Assembly (NCBI GenBank): GCA_951406725.2
Contig: OX597832.1
Location: 71,362,001 to 71,426,000 of the forward strand
Reading direction: 5' to 3'
DNA length: 64,000 nt
From: Octopus vulgaris
Lineage: Eukaryota
The notes under the pieces were generated by a model. It was not told where the DNA came from. It saw nothing but the letters and a program-made list of their open reading frames with translations, and made no database searches. Each line of letters starts with the position of its first letter. The first letter of the stretch is position 1. Positions 38,455 through 51,081 of the stretch are shown here, piece after piece. A program made the translations under genes and the position numbers.

Positions 38455-39240
38455 TAAAATAAGAGCAAGCTGAGCAGTGTTCAGAGAGCTTCTACCTTTG
38501 TTGATAACTAAGGGACTCTCCCTTAGAGTGGAAGGCAGATTGTATAATGCCTGTGTACATGGCAGAGAAACATAGGCTATGACAACAGAGGACTTGTGAA
38601 GTCTTGAAAGAAACAAAGCTAACACACTTTACTGGATGGGTAATGTCAGTATGCACATATGACAAAGTGTAAATGATTTAAGAGGAAAACTGGGTATAAG
38701 AGGTATCAGATGTTGTGTGAAAGAGAGACGACTGCACTGGTCTGGCTATGTGATGTGTATGGATGAAGACAGCAGTGTAAAGAAGTGCTGACCTCTAATT
38801 GCAGAGGGAACTTGTGGAAGAGGTAGATCCAGGAAAATGTGGGATGAAGTGGGGAGAAAAGATCATCATATGATGGGTCTCACTGAGGAAATGACAAGGG
38901 ACTAGGAACCGTGGAAATTTGTTGTACTTGAGAAGACGCATCAAGCTAAGTAAAATCGCAACTATTCCATACATGCAGGCTTGTCCTTTACAGGTGGTGG
39001 TACCATGTAAAATGTACTTGTGTCAGGGCTGCACAAATGCACTTATGCCAGTGGCATATAAAAGGCACCTCACACACTCTGTAAAGTGGTTGGCATTAGG
39101 AAGGGCATCCAGCCATAGAAATAAAACCACAACAGAAAATTGGAGTCTGAACAGATCCCCACCAGGCCACCTCCTGTCAAACTGTCCAACCCATGCCAGC
39201 ATGGAAAATGGATATTAAATGTTGATGATGATGATCCTCA
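38455..39240 (+). mobile_element. RTE family 2, 3' end of ORF2 plus 3' UTR tail
   Basis: 38455-38640 is similar to the reverse complement of 12750-12990. RRLHW.G and GRGRSRKMW motifs run into the shared tail and (GAT)n. Confidence 0.8.
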
Positions 39241-39245
39241 TCATC

Positions 39246-39287
<42 letters not shown>

Positions 39288-39640
39288 TTTGTGTCAAACC
39301 TTCCAACCAATGCTTGAATGAAGCATGGACAGTACCTGACAATGATAATGATGATAATGTATACACATGTATCATCTGATTGACCAGACTATCAGATGTT
39401 GTTATACATTGCTGGTCACAATGCACTTTGCACTGTTTTAGCTTTCAAATGATGCCACTCCACTGGGTGGGCTGAGCACACCAACATTCCCCTAATGAGA
39501 AGGCTAGTCCAATGCAGGGTTTGCCTATGAATAGTTGAGTGGATTGGAGCAACATGAAAAGAAGTGTTTTGCTTAAGAACACTGTGCCATTCAGTTCAGG
39601 AATGGAACCCATGAACTTTAGAACACACACATGCACGCAT

Positions 39641-39679
<39 letters not shown>

Positions 39680-39683
<4 letters not shown>

Positions 39684-40340
39684 GTACCTGGGCTATATTT
39701 GAAAGTTTGCATGAAAAGAAAAGAAAGCACAATATCCCGTACAAAATAGATATGTTTTAAAAATTCAAAAATGCCAACTAGATTATGGTTGGAAGATAAC
39801 AGTTTACTAAAAGTAGCTACCCTCAGCTTCTAACATGACCACAAGGCAGCTCTGGAACCTGGTACATGCATTCCTCATTGTGTCCCTAGGAAGATCTTTG
39901 AACACCTCTTTGATCTTGACTACCAGCTCAGCCTTAGTGTTGCAGGCAGAGTGGTTGGTGTTTTTCTCAATTGCTCCTGCCCTAAATATAGTAATCCATG
40001 AAATTACAATCGAGGGAATTAGATGGTCAGAAACTGACTCTTTCCAGCAGTATAGCAAAGGTTTGAATCCATATTGCCTTCCAGAAACAACCCTCTACAG
40101 CCAGTGATTGACTACAGTCACTAGCAGCTTCACATAGCCATCTGAATGGAGTTGGAGGCCATTTTCAAAGTTGTGGAGATTAATTCTAGTGTATGGACAT
40201 AGTCAGAATGCCTGCTATGTTCCTTCTTACTGGCTACAGTTTCATAATCTCCACTGCAACTGTCCAGTGTCATGTCTTACAGCCTTTGTGGTGTCCACAG
40301 AGCATTGAGCAACTTTAATCTTTATGCTCTCCGATGTTGT
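39680..40340 (-). mobile_element. maT-like Tc1/mariner 3' fragment
   Basis: ORF 39807-40058 NTKAELVVKI...NACTRF...LEAEGSYF; terminus cagggtac matches the end of the 11945-12497 element. Confidence 0.7.
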
Positions 40341-40890
40341 TTACTGTTCACCAATACATAAGTTGATCTTGAATAAAGGGACATAAAATATATAAGATAT
40401 ATATATATATGTGTATGTAAATGTAAATAATTGTCTCAGAACATGCTCCTCTCTATTCTTCTTATACCTCTCTCCCTATCTCTGCAGGCTTCTTCCTTCT
40501 CCACTACTCTACCCCCATTCTGTGCTTCATTTCTTGCATCTTCCTTTAGTTTTCTGTAGTCTCAACCATCCCCAATTGATCTAAGATCTGCTTAATGACA
40601 TACCCTGTCACCAATGGTGCTTCCTTTTAGAATACTGACCTATTTAACCCCCTTCCCTACTCCCTCTAACTCACCACTTCTACTTCTATTCACTCCCCAC
40701 CCCAATTGCTCACTTCCCTTACCTCCCCACCTTGTATTTTTATCACTTCTTACTCTTCCTTTACTTCTTCATTCCCACCCTTAAGCTGCTTGCATCCTCC
40801 CTCTCCTTGCCTTTTACTCTGCTCTTCCTCGTCTCCCATTCTATATTTAAATCACTTGCACTATAATGTAAACTGCTATTTGCCAGTTTT

Positions 40891-41035
40891 TCTCCTGATG
40901 AAGGAAGCCAGTATTAATGTCTCTTTGCAACCATCTACAGGCTGTATATCCATGAAATTTTGCACATTCTATCTGCTTATTACAAAAATTAGGACTATTA
41001 CATAATTCCAAGCTCCTGCAAACAGCTGTCAAATT
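40891..41035 (+). ncRNA. Degenerate type I hammerhead with ~116-nt helix II region
   Basis: CTGATGA aggaagc...gctcct GcAAAC agct GTC; helix I poorly paired and one core change. Confidence 0.45.
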
Positions 41036-41182
41036 AAAAAAAAATTATGCATTCTACCCTTAGTTTTCTGTATATTTTATACTCTATCTAAAAGTAAATT
41101 TATTTATCAATATATATATATGAATATCTATAAATATGTACATGTGTTTATCTTCTGAATATATTTAGGTTCTCTCTCTTTC

Positions 41183-41273
<91 letters not shown>

Positions 41274-41298
41274 CTGGCTTATGATCAATGATCTAGGG

Positions 41299-44155
41299 CA
41301 GGGGTCTCCAAAGTTTTCCAGCGGAGGGCCACATTGCTGAATTTTTAAAGCTACGGGGGCCAAGGTTCTAAATTATTTATTTTACCAAAATAATATAAAT
41401 AAATAGTGAATTAATAATTAAAAAAGGTTATTTATTCAGTACATAATCACAATGTATATAATATCAGTAACAATTAACATGTTTTTTTTAACTTTGATCA
41501 ATAGGGGAAACATGAAATTGTTTCATTTCTGACAAAATTTTGTCCAACTGAGGTTCAAAATGAGTGGTTCCAATAACAAGCAATGCATTTAAATGTTCAT
41601 CAGACAATTGTGATCTGTAGCAGGATTTTGTGTATTTCATCTTTGAAAAAGTCTTCTCACACAAATATGTGGTGCCAAAAACTGAAATGAATTCACAGGC
41701 AAACCTCCTTAAATGAAGAAATTGGTCGGATGGAAGGCATTTGTAGAATTCAATCAAATTTCCCTCTTTATATTTGTCCTTCAGGATGTCATTGGATTGC
41801 AAATCAATAACTTCCATTTGTAACTCAGAAGGTAAGTCTCCAATAACAGAGTTAAATGGATTTTCAAAAATTCTTAGTTTTGAAGAACATGCATCAAGAT
41901 CAGAAAAACGTTCTTCAAACTGTTGTTTCAAAGCTAAAATGACATCTTGAGCAAACAAGTTTGGAAATGGAGTGGCAGCTTCCTGTCTATATTTGTCACA
42001 TCGTGAAAAATGAGTAAAGCAGCTTCTTGTTAACTGACTTTCAAATAGTATTAATTTCTTACGAAAAGCTTTCACCTTTGAGTACAAATCACAGATGAGT
42101 GAAGTTTCACCTTGTATCCATAGGTTGAAATCATTGAGATGCATAGTTAAATCGGCTGAAAATGCTAATTTCCAGAGCCATTCACTGTCTTTGAGCAACA
42201 CCTGTGAATGGTTTTTCTCATTTAAAAATATTTCAATTTCAGTTCGAAGCTCAAAAAATCTGGCCAGAATTTTTCCATAGCTAAGCCATCTTACTGAAGT
42301 ATAGTAAGGTAGGTCTGGAAACTCAGCATTCATTTCCTCCAAGAAATCACGAAATTGGCGATGTTTGAGTCCATGAGATCTTATGTAGTTAACAGTGGAA
42401 ATCACAGGATCTAATACAGATGATAAATCAAGATGCTTTCCACACAGTGCTTGCTGATGAAGAATACAATGCAATACCAAAGGTTTCAATCCACCGGAAT
42501 TCTCAATTACTTTGTTAATTTGCCCAACTAAGCCCTTTTTGGTTCCACACATATTTCTGCCACCATCTGTTGTTATGCATTTTAGTTTTTTCCATTCCAA
42601 ATTATACTCAGCCACTGACTTTTCCACTTCTCTAAAAATATCTATGCCTGTTGTTGTTCCATGCATGCTGTGCACAGATACAAGTTCCTCAGTAATCTCA
42701 AAATTGGCATTTATTCCTCTGATGAACAATAACAATTGGGATGTGTCTGATACATCAATTGACTCATCAAGTGCAACAGAAAAGCATACAAACTTGCTGG
42801 CTTTGTCTTTTAGCTGTGATTTAATATTTCTTTCAATATGTTCAACCCTACGAGCAACAGTGTTCGCAGAAAGACTAATTGCGGAAAATAAATCTACGTT
42901 TTCTGGACACATTTCCTTAGCTACCTCATTCAAGCACTTTTTAATAAGTTCACCATCTGTAAATGGCTTACCTTTCTTCGCCAAAAGGTTAGCAACATGG
43001 AAGCTTGCTCTTGTTGCTCTCTCTTTTTCTACAGCCTTCTTCTTGAAAACAAACTGCATTGATGATAAATTCTTCTTTAATTTGTCAAATTTCTCTTTAC
43101 GTAGCTGTCCAATGAATTGGTAGTACTGTGATGAATGCTTTTTTTCATAATGTCTCCGAATGTTGTACTCTTTAAGTACTGCAATTGTGTCGGTGCATAT
43201 AACGCATAGTGCCTTGTTGTTTGACTCTATGACAAAATAGTCTATGTTCCATTGTTCCTTAAAAACTCTACACTCAGAGTCGATTTTTCGTTTTCTTCCT
43301 TGAGCTAACATTTTTACCATGGGTCGACAGATTTTGCTCGACGATATATGTAAAAGGACGAAACAAGTAAAAACAATATTCACAGGTCACTCGATACGTG
43401 CATTCACTTCGGCAGCGACGACGACAAATGACTCACACTTGTGCACAACGAAAACGCCAAGTCTATGCTGACTGACGGAATGCGCATCGAACTTTACTCC
43501 ACGCTGATTGGCGACTGCACCAGGATTAGAAACCACCACACAACGTCAGGCTCAACCCTCTCTATTCATCGCTCGTGAGATGTAGGTAACATCGATAAAT
43601 CGATATTTGTCTTCTTTTATTATACTAGGCACGGGACTTTTATTAACGTCATACTTGTCGTATCTGCTCTCTCGACAGTTGACGGAATAGGTTGACTTTT
43701 CTGCGACATCAATAAAGCTAGAAATTGAATCTCTGCTTCATTGTAAGCAGCACCATCCATCTCGCTGACAATCGCCTATTATCTAAGATGAATGATAGGT
43801 AGCTCCATAGCGAAGTTAATTCATTTTATGGTGGTTCTGATGGGTCAGTTAAAACGGGGGGAGTGGAAAAGAACCTATATTTACACTAAAGTTTAGTGTA
43901 TAAATTTTTAATTCGCCGGCGCAATTTAAAGACATTAATTGATGGCAAATCAATTAGCGTCGTCTTGCGTCTATTTGCTGTACTATATTTGTCAAACGTA
44001 TTAAAAGGGGTGTAAAGTATATTTGTTTTTGTATGATTTCGGCAAGGCTTGTTTTTCGACATTTGTTTTATAATTTTGGAGGACAGCTCGGCGGGCCGGA
44101 TTAAAAACCTTGGCGGGCCGAATCCGGCCCGCGGGCCGTACTTTGGAGACCCCTG
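41299..44155 (-). mobile_element. Intact hAT DNA transposon (Buster/Charlie group, SPIN/OC1-like), 2857 bp
   Basis: Perfect 16-bp TIRs CAGGGGTCTCCAAAGT, perfect 8-bp TSD ATCTAGGG (41291-41298 and 44156-44163), single uninterrupted ORF. Confidence 0.97.
41488..43320 (-). CDS. hAT transposase, 610 aa from first ATG (GTF2IRD2/EPM2AIP1-like transposase family)
   Basis: KRKIDSECRVF start, BED finger (CVIC...RRHYEKKH), LDES, TTDG, HCILH, VRWLS and YLCEKTFS, i.e. DDE, CxxH and RW motifs all present. Confidence 0.95.
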   Translation of the reverse strand: MVKMLAQGRKRKIDSECRVFKEQWNIDYFVIESNNKALCVICTDTIAVLKEYNIRRHYEKKHSSQYYQFIGQLRKEKFDKLKKNLSSMQFVFKKKAVEKERATRASFHVANLLAKKGKPFTDGELIKKCLNEVAKEMCPENVDLFSAISLSANTVARRVEHIERNIKSQLKDKASKFVCFSVALDESIDVSDTSQLLLFIRGINANFEITEELVSVHSMHGTTTGIDIFREVEKSVAEYNLEWKKLKCITTDGGRNMCGTKKGLVGQINKVIENSGGLKPLVLHCILHQQALCGKHLDLSSVLDPVISTVNYIRSHGLKHRQFRDFLEEMNAEFPDLPYYTSVRWLSYGKILARFFELRTEIEIFLNEKNHSQVLLKDSEWLWKLAFSADLTMHLNDFNLWIQGETSLICDLYSKVKAFRKKLILFESQLTRSCFTHFSRCDKYRQEAATPFPNLFAQDVILALKQQFEERFSDLDACSSKLRIFENPFNSVIGDLPSELQMEVIDLQSNDILKDKYKEGNLIEFYKCLPSDQFLHLRRFACEFISVFGTTYLCEKTFSKMKYTKSCYRSQLSDEHLNALLVIGTTHFEPQLDKILSEMKQFHVSPIDQS

Positions 44156-45021
44156 ATCTAGGGCATATCAATACTGAGCATCTTGACCACACATATACAT
44201 ACATACACATGTATGCACATATACATCCACACACACACCGATCACACACATACATATAGACACATACATATACATACACACATGTACATCATGCATACAC
44301 ACACATATATACATGCATATACACATGCACATACATGTACACACATATACACACATAGGAACACACATTTACTTCCACACAAAACTCCACGCATACACAC
44401 ATGTGCACATACACACATGCATGCATGTATACACGTACATCACACACACAACACACACATACACACACACACACATACGTTCATATACATACACTTCCAC
44501 ACTCACTCACATGCATGCACACATCCCCATACGAACATACACACACTTCCACACTCACTCACATGCACATACATACACACGTATCCCCACATGAACACAC
44601 ACACTTATACAGAGTGATAGAGAGAGAGGGAGAGACAGAGTGACACATAGAGTGGGACACGCACACACATACACACATTCCCACTCCCTCTATGTACACA
44701 TACCAACACATGCACGCACACACACACATCCACACTCACCCATTCATACACCCTTCAGACTGCCTCTGAAACACCCTTCTACCACCCGACTACTACTGAC
44801 CATCCCATCTACCCACATGTAGAAAAACACACAACCACAGAGAAACACATACACCTGTTACCATAGCTACTGACCACTCAGTACCGCATTAACACACACA
44901 CACACAAATCACTCACACACACAAATCACTCACACACACACATGTAAACAGTTAATACCACACACACGTACATACACACACACATACCACTACCACCATG
45001 CATGCACACACATACCACTAC

Positions 45022-47200
45022 CATGATGGCCGTCCACTCGTGACCGAGGAAGACCATTGCCGACCTTCAGGAACATTGTGCGCTCTAGGACTAACTTATA
45101 TTTTGCATTTGCGGCTCCATTGGTAGCTAATGAGCCCTGCTCTTGACAAGCATACATGACTGCAAACATTGCAGACCAAGCTTACCCCATTCACTATACG
45201 AGCCGTGCGCTTTCACGCAGCTCGCTTAAGTTCTTCATGCTGGATACATGCTCTCTCAAAAGTGTCGGTCCCCTCCTTAACCTGCCTCCTCCATCTGTGG
45301 TGATGACAGGCATTGTTCTCCCAGTCAGTGTCCTGTATATCAAAGGCCTTTAACGAGGACTTGACACAGTCCTTAAATCGCAGCCTTGGTTTCTGCCGGA
45401 GTCTCCTACCATTCACAAGTTCTCCATAGAGCATCTGCTTAGGAATCCTTCTATCCTCCATTCTAATAAGGTGTCCAGTCCAACGCAACCGGTGCTTGTG
45501 TACCATCGCCTCAATACTCAAGATATCAGCTGTCCTCAGGATCTGTGTGTCTGGAATTTTTGAGGTCCAGCCAACATTGAGAATGTGTCTGAGACATCTC
45601 TGATGAAAACGTTCAAGGACCCTGACCTGACGTTTGTACAGAGTCCATGTCTCACATGAGTAGAGAAGCGACGTCAGTACACAAGCATGGTACACAGCAA
45701 CTTTTGTTCTCCTTGCGATGCCATGTTGGGACCAGACACGAGACTGAAGAGACCGGAAGGAATTAGTTGCTCTCTGCAACCTGAAAGATATTTCCTCATC
45801 CAGGGAGCAAGAACGGCTGAGTGTGCTGCCCAGGTAGACAAACTTGTCTACTACCTTCAGAATCGTTCCTTCAACCAAGATAGCTGGTTCTATATATGGA
45901 TTTCCTGGTGCAGGCTGGAACATTACAACAGTCTTGTCCAGGCTAATGCTGAGTCCAAATGCCCTGCAAGAAGCAGAAATGCAATTCATGAGTATTTGCA
46001 TGTCATCCACTGTATGAGTGACTAAGTCACAGTCATCTGCATAAAGGAGGTCATGAATAATAGACTGGGAAACCTTTGAATTGGCAGCAAATCGGCGGAG
46101 ATTAAAGAGGCGGCCAGAAGATCGATATCTGACATATATTCCCAGAGAGCTAACCTTAGCAAAAGCATGAGTAAAAGTAGCAGCAAAGTACAAAGAAAAG
46201 AGAGTTGGGCAAGGATGTCACCCTGCTTAACACCATTCTCTACAGGAATGGGTCCTGCCATGGCACCACCAACATTGACCCAAGCCTCCATCCCATCATG
46301 AAATGATTTAATTATTGATACAAAGTGATCAGGACATCCAAGTTTGCCAAGTATTTTCCATAGAAAGGCCCTATTTACAGTATCAAAGACCTTAGTTAAA
46401 TCAATGAATACCTGGACAAGATCCATATTCTACTCATAGCACTTCTCCTGCATCTGTCTTGCTGTGAAAATCATATCCATTGTCCCTCTACCAGATCGGA
46501 AGACACATTGAGATTCAGATAGGACATCATTTACGAGACACCCATTCAGATGGGTAAGAAGAATATTTGCCAGAACCTTGCCAGCAGCTGATAGTAGAGC
46601 AATACCTCTGTAGTTACCACACATTGTTCTGGCTCCTTTTCCTTTATACAGAGGAAGAATAATTGCATCCTTCCAGTCCTTAGGGATTGCACCATCCCTC
46701 CAGACTGCACTAATAAGTTCATGAAGGGACTGTGTGATGCAATTACCACCAAATCGCAAGACCTCAGCACAAATTCCATCCTTTCCAGGTGCCCTACCAA
46801 GATTCAATTTACTTATTGATGTCATTACTTCATGTATTGATGGTGAGGAGTCTAAGAAGTCAATGATAGGTCTTTGTTTCATAGTATCAATCACTGTTTC
46901 ATCCACAACTGACTCATGGTTTAGGAGTTCAGAGAAGTGTTCGATCCAGCGACCTGTGATTTCTGTTGATTTAGTAAACATAGTGGAAGACTCCTTGGAA
47001 AGCAAAGGAGCTGATGTGGAGCTCTTAGGTCCATAAGCTCGCTGTCATTTGCGTCAGCAGCAGCCTGAACATCACGAGCAAGATCCTCCCACCAAGTGTT
47101 CTGCATTTTCCTGAGAGATCGCTGCAGTATTGATTTTACATTGTTATAGTGGGCAAGTGCTAGACTTCGCTGCACAGTAGACAGTTCTCTGTGCAGCAAC
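45022..47200 (-). mobile_element. RTE-clade (BovB-like) LINE family 1, 5'-truncated, few lesions
   Basis: ORFs 46430-47005, 46022-46426 and 45213-46193: APGKDGI, NYRGIALL, FIDLTKVFDTV, GVKQGDILA, LLYADD, FVYLGS. Confidence 0.95.
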
Positions 47201-47204
47201 ACAC

Positions 47205-47426
47205 TGATCATGGCTGTTTGCCAGCCTCCTCTGGCCCTGTGCCGGTGGCACATAAAAAGCACCCACTACACACACAGGGTGGTTGGCATTAGGAAGGGCA
47301 TCCAGCTGTAGAAACTCTGCCAGATCAGACTGGAGCCTGGCGCAGCCTCCTGGCTTCCCAGACCCCGGTCGAACTGTCCAACCCATGCTAGCATGGAAAA
47401 CGGACGTTAAACGATGATGATGATGA
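47205..47426 (+). mobile_element. RTE-type tail element
   Basis: Shared tail plus (GAT)n; close to the reverse complement of 26304-26530. Confidence 0.8.
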
Positions 47427-47446
47427 TATATTTATATATACGTATG

Positions 47447-47527
<81 letters not shown>

Positions 47528-47581
47528 GTATATATATATGTATATATGTGTATATATGTATGTGTATATATATATATGTAT

Positions 47582-47619
<38 letters not shown>

Positions 47620-47640
47620 ATATATATATATATGTATATA

Positions 47641-47699
<59 letters not shown>

Positions 47700-47824
47700 C
47701 TTTGGTTATTCTTGTTGCTTATTTTGATTATAATTACCCCATGGATTTATATGGATAACACCATTCAAAATTCTGGTGCATCTAACTTAAGTACCATATT
47801 CATTTGAATCTAAATTTTGCTGAA

Positions 47825-47869
<45 letters not shown>

Positions 47870-47899
47870 ATAGATAGATAGATACATATACATATATAC

Positions 47900-47945
<46 letters not shown>

Positions 47946-48355
47946 ATAATTATATACACATGTAATAATAATAAAGGGTAAAATTAATTAATTAATTAGT
48001 AATTAATAATTTTACCAAGCAGTGTTCAGTATGTAAAAGGACCATTTACGGTAAACTTAAACATTACTTTATATAATTAGGGTTCAGCAAAAAAATTTGC
48101 TTTACCACATACCGAACTTTTAGAAATAGCCACCAAAAAATTTAGCTATTTCTTCTACTATAAGAAGAGCCTCCCAGACTCAAATGACTGAAACAAGCAA
48201 AAGAATAAAAGAATAAAATGTTCCATACCACTAAACCAAGAAAGTTCTTTGAATATGTACGATGTATTTTAAGATGTATTTTAAGCAGTAATTCTGTTTA
48301 CATTTTGGTTGGATTATATAGTTATCAGTTTTACATTTCTTTCTGTTTTCTACAA

Positions 48356-48550
48356 AGTCTGAAATTTTGGTGGGGAGGGAGCTAGACAATTAGATCGATC
48401 TAATATGTAACTGGTACTTAATTTATCAACCCTGAAAGGATGAAAGCAAAGTCGACCTTGGCAGAATTTGAACTCATAATGTAAAGATAGACGAAATACT
48501 GCAAAGCATTTCACCCGGTGTGCTAATGATATTGCCAGCTTGTTACCTTA
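48356..48550 (-). mobile_element. tRNA-derived SINE, family 1
   Basis: Minus strand gagttcaaattctgccaaggtcgactttgctttcatcctttcagg; related to 3045-3207. Confidence 0.75.
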
Positions 48551-48651
48551 GCTGTCACAATATAGAAACATTTCTCATGGCATCAGCACACAATTTACAG
48601 ATGCTTACATTTTTCATATTTTCCATGAATTTTTCACATGTCCAGCTAGTT

Positions 48652-50535
48652 ATTATTATTATTGTTGTTCAGTAGTTTTATTTTTATAGCGTGCTTTCAT
48701 TTCACTACGGAGCGCAGCTCTGTGTGCCTTGGGTATGTGCTGTGATTTGTTGTGATGCTCTGATGGTTACTGTATTGAAAATGTTCTGCGTAGGATGTGT
48801 GCAGTGCCTAGTAGTGCAATTTTCTGTATGTTATATGTGTAAGTCCTGGTGCTTTATGTATTTGTCTGAATATTTTTTTATCATGCCTACTATGATAGGA
48901 ATTGTTTCTGTTTTTAGATTCCACATTCTAGTTATCTCTATTTCCAGGTCTTTGTAATTTGAAAGTTTCTCCATTTCTTTTAGAGAAATGTTGTCATCTG
49001 CTGGTATTGATACATCAATTAGAAAGCACTTTTGTTCTTCATGATCTCTGACAACTATATCTGGTGTGTTGGCTTTAATTTCTCTATCTGTGTGTATGGG
49101 CATATCCCAAAGTATGGTTGCTTTCTCGTTTTCTGTGACCTTTTCTGATGTGTGCCATCTTTTTTCTGTTGTTATTCCATAATGTTGGCATAGCTTCCAG
49201 TGTATGTAGGTCCCAACTCTGTCGTGTTTGTGAATATATTCCTTCTTAGCCAGGACTGGGCAGCCAGAGATCATATGATTTATTGTTTCTTGTCCATCTC
49301 CACATATTCTGCAGTTACTTGTTATATTTCTTTTCATTATATGTTTTTGGTAGTTTCTGGTGGGGAGGCTTTGGTCTTGTGCTGCAATTAAAAATCCCTC
49401 TGTCTCTGCTTTGAGTTCTGAGCTTCTCAACCATTGCTGGGATTTTTCTTTGTTTATTTCTTTTGCATTTAGTTTAGTCCAGTATTTGCCATGAAGGGGC
49501 TTTTCTTGCCATCGTTTTATCATGGTCCGTTGCTGTTCTAGTTTTAGTTTGGATTTCATTTGTTTTATAGCTTTTGTTGTGTCTTCTTCTTCTTCTTCTT
49601 CTTCTTCTTCTTCTTCTTCTTCTTCTTCTTCTTCTTCTTCTTCTTCTTCTTCTTCTTCTTCTTCTTCTTCTTCTTCTTCTTCTTCATTTAGCGTCCAGTT
49701 AAGGATATTGTAGCTGTAACTTATAACTGGAACGGCTAAAGTTTTAATACCTATTATCTTATTTTTAGCATTGAACTCTGTTTTTAGTATTGATCTAACT
49801 CGTCTATAGTATTCTTTCTTTATTTTCTCTTTCATTTGTGTGTTGTGTCTTATCTAGTTCATGTATTCCTAAATATTTGTAAGTTTGGCTTTGGTCTAAT
49901 TCTCTTATTTCATTGGCTTTATCTAGTGTGATGTTGCTACTCTTGACTAGTTTTCCTCTTTTCAGGGTTACTTTGGTGCATTTTTCTAATCCAAATTCAT
50001 ATCTATTTCTTTGGTAAATCCATGAACTGTCTTTAGTAGTGTTTCCAGCTTTTTGTCATTTGTAGCGTATGTTTTAGGTCATCCATATATAAAAGGTGGC
50101 TGATCGTTTTGCCGTAACATTTATATCCACATCCAGTTCTATTTAGCATATCAGATAGAGGTGACAGTGCCAAGCAGAAAAGGAGTGGAGAGAACGTGTC
50201 TCCCTGGAATATTCCTCTTCTAATGGGGATGGCTTTGGTTTTTACGAGTCTCTCTTTTGTTTGGAGCTGTAGCAGTGTCTGCCATTTACTCATAGAGTGT
50301 CCTATGTATTTTATAATTGTTGGTGCTACCTTGTTAATGGCTAGTGTTTCGAGGATCCATGTGTGGGGAATGCTATCAAATGCCTTTCGGTAGTCAATCC
50401 AGGCCATACTGAGGCCTTTCTTCTTTCTGTGCCTGTCTTCATTGGTCATTAGTTGATCTTTACAGCCATATGAGCCTTTGCGGCATCCTTTCTGCTCCTC
50501 TGGAAACAGGTTGTTTTCGTCCAGGTGTTTGTTCA
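48652..50535 (-). mobile_element. R4/Dong-clade element with RT core, internal deletion, zinc knuckle and RLE
   Basis: EEQKGC, WIDYRKAFDSIPH, GIFQGD, LLYMDDLK, CRIC..H..C, PDIVV..IDVSIP..EKL; (AAT)n tail at 48652-48663. Confidence 0.93.
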
Positions 50536-50544
50536 ATCTTTATG

Positions 50545-51040
50545 TTATTACTGCAGTAAATGCTTTTAGAACCCTCTTGATGATCTTTGCTGTTCTTACG
50601 AGACAAACTTTCTGTAGCAGCTCTACTGAGCATTCTATTCTAATCTCCTACATACATTCGTCAATATTTGTGTTTACTGTACCCAATGCACCAATTATTA
50701 TAGGCACAATCTTTACTGTTCTCAAGCTCCAAATTCTTCCTATTTCAAATTTTAAGGGATTGTATTGTTTTTTTTTTTAGTTTTCTGTCCTCTTTCTTTC
50801 TGATCCTGTAAGAAAGCAGGCATGATGGATTGACCACTAAGCAACTTCACTTTTCATTATCTATGATTGTTATGCCCAGTCTATTATTTTCTAACATTTT
50901 GTCCCACAAAATCTTACATTTCTCCAACTCCAGTTCTCTTTTAACTGGATGATTGTACCATGTGTTTCCAGCTTCAAATCCTCATTTCTGGTACAGTTTC
51001 CAATGTAAAACATTTACAACCTGGTCATAACTCCATTTCT

Positions 51041-51081
<41 letters not shown>

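Noticed and set aside
42095-43123. Antisense ORFs (61 and 203 aa) within the hAT transposase
   Set aside because: Shadow frames of the real ORF with no recognisable motifs.
41488-43383. Host gene GTF2IRD2/EPM2AIP1, and the 631-aa ORF start
   Set aside because: TIRs and TSD show a transposon rather than a domesticated gene. The 43383 start is a non-ATG codon; the first ATG is at 43320.
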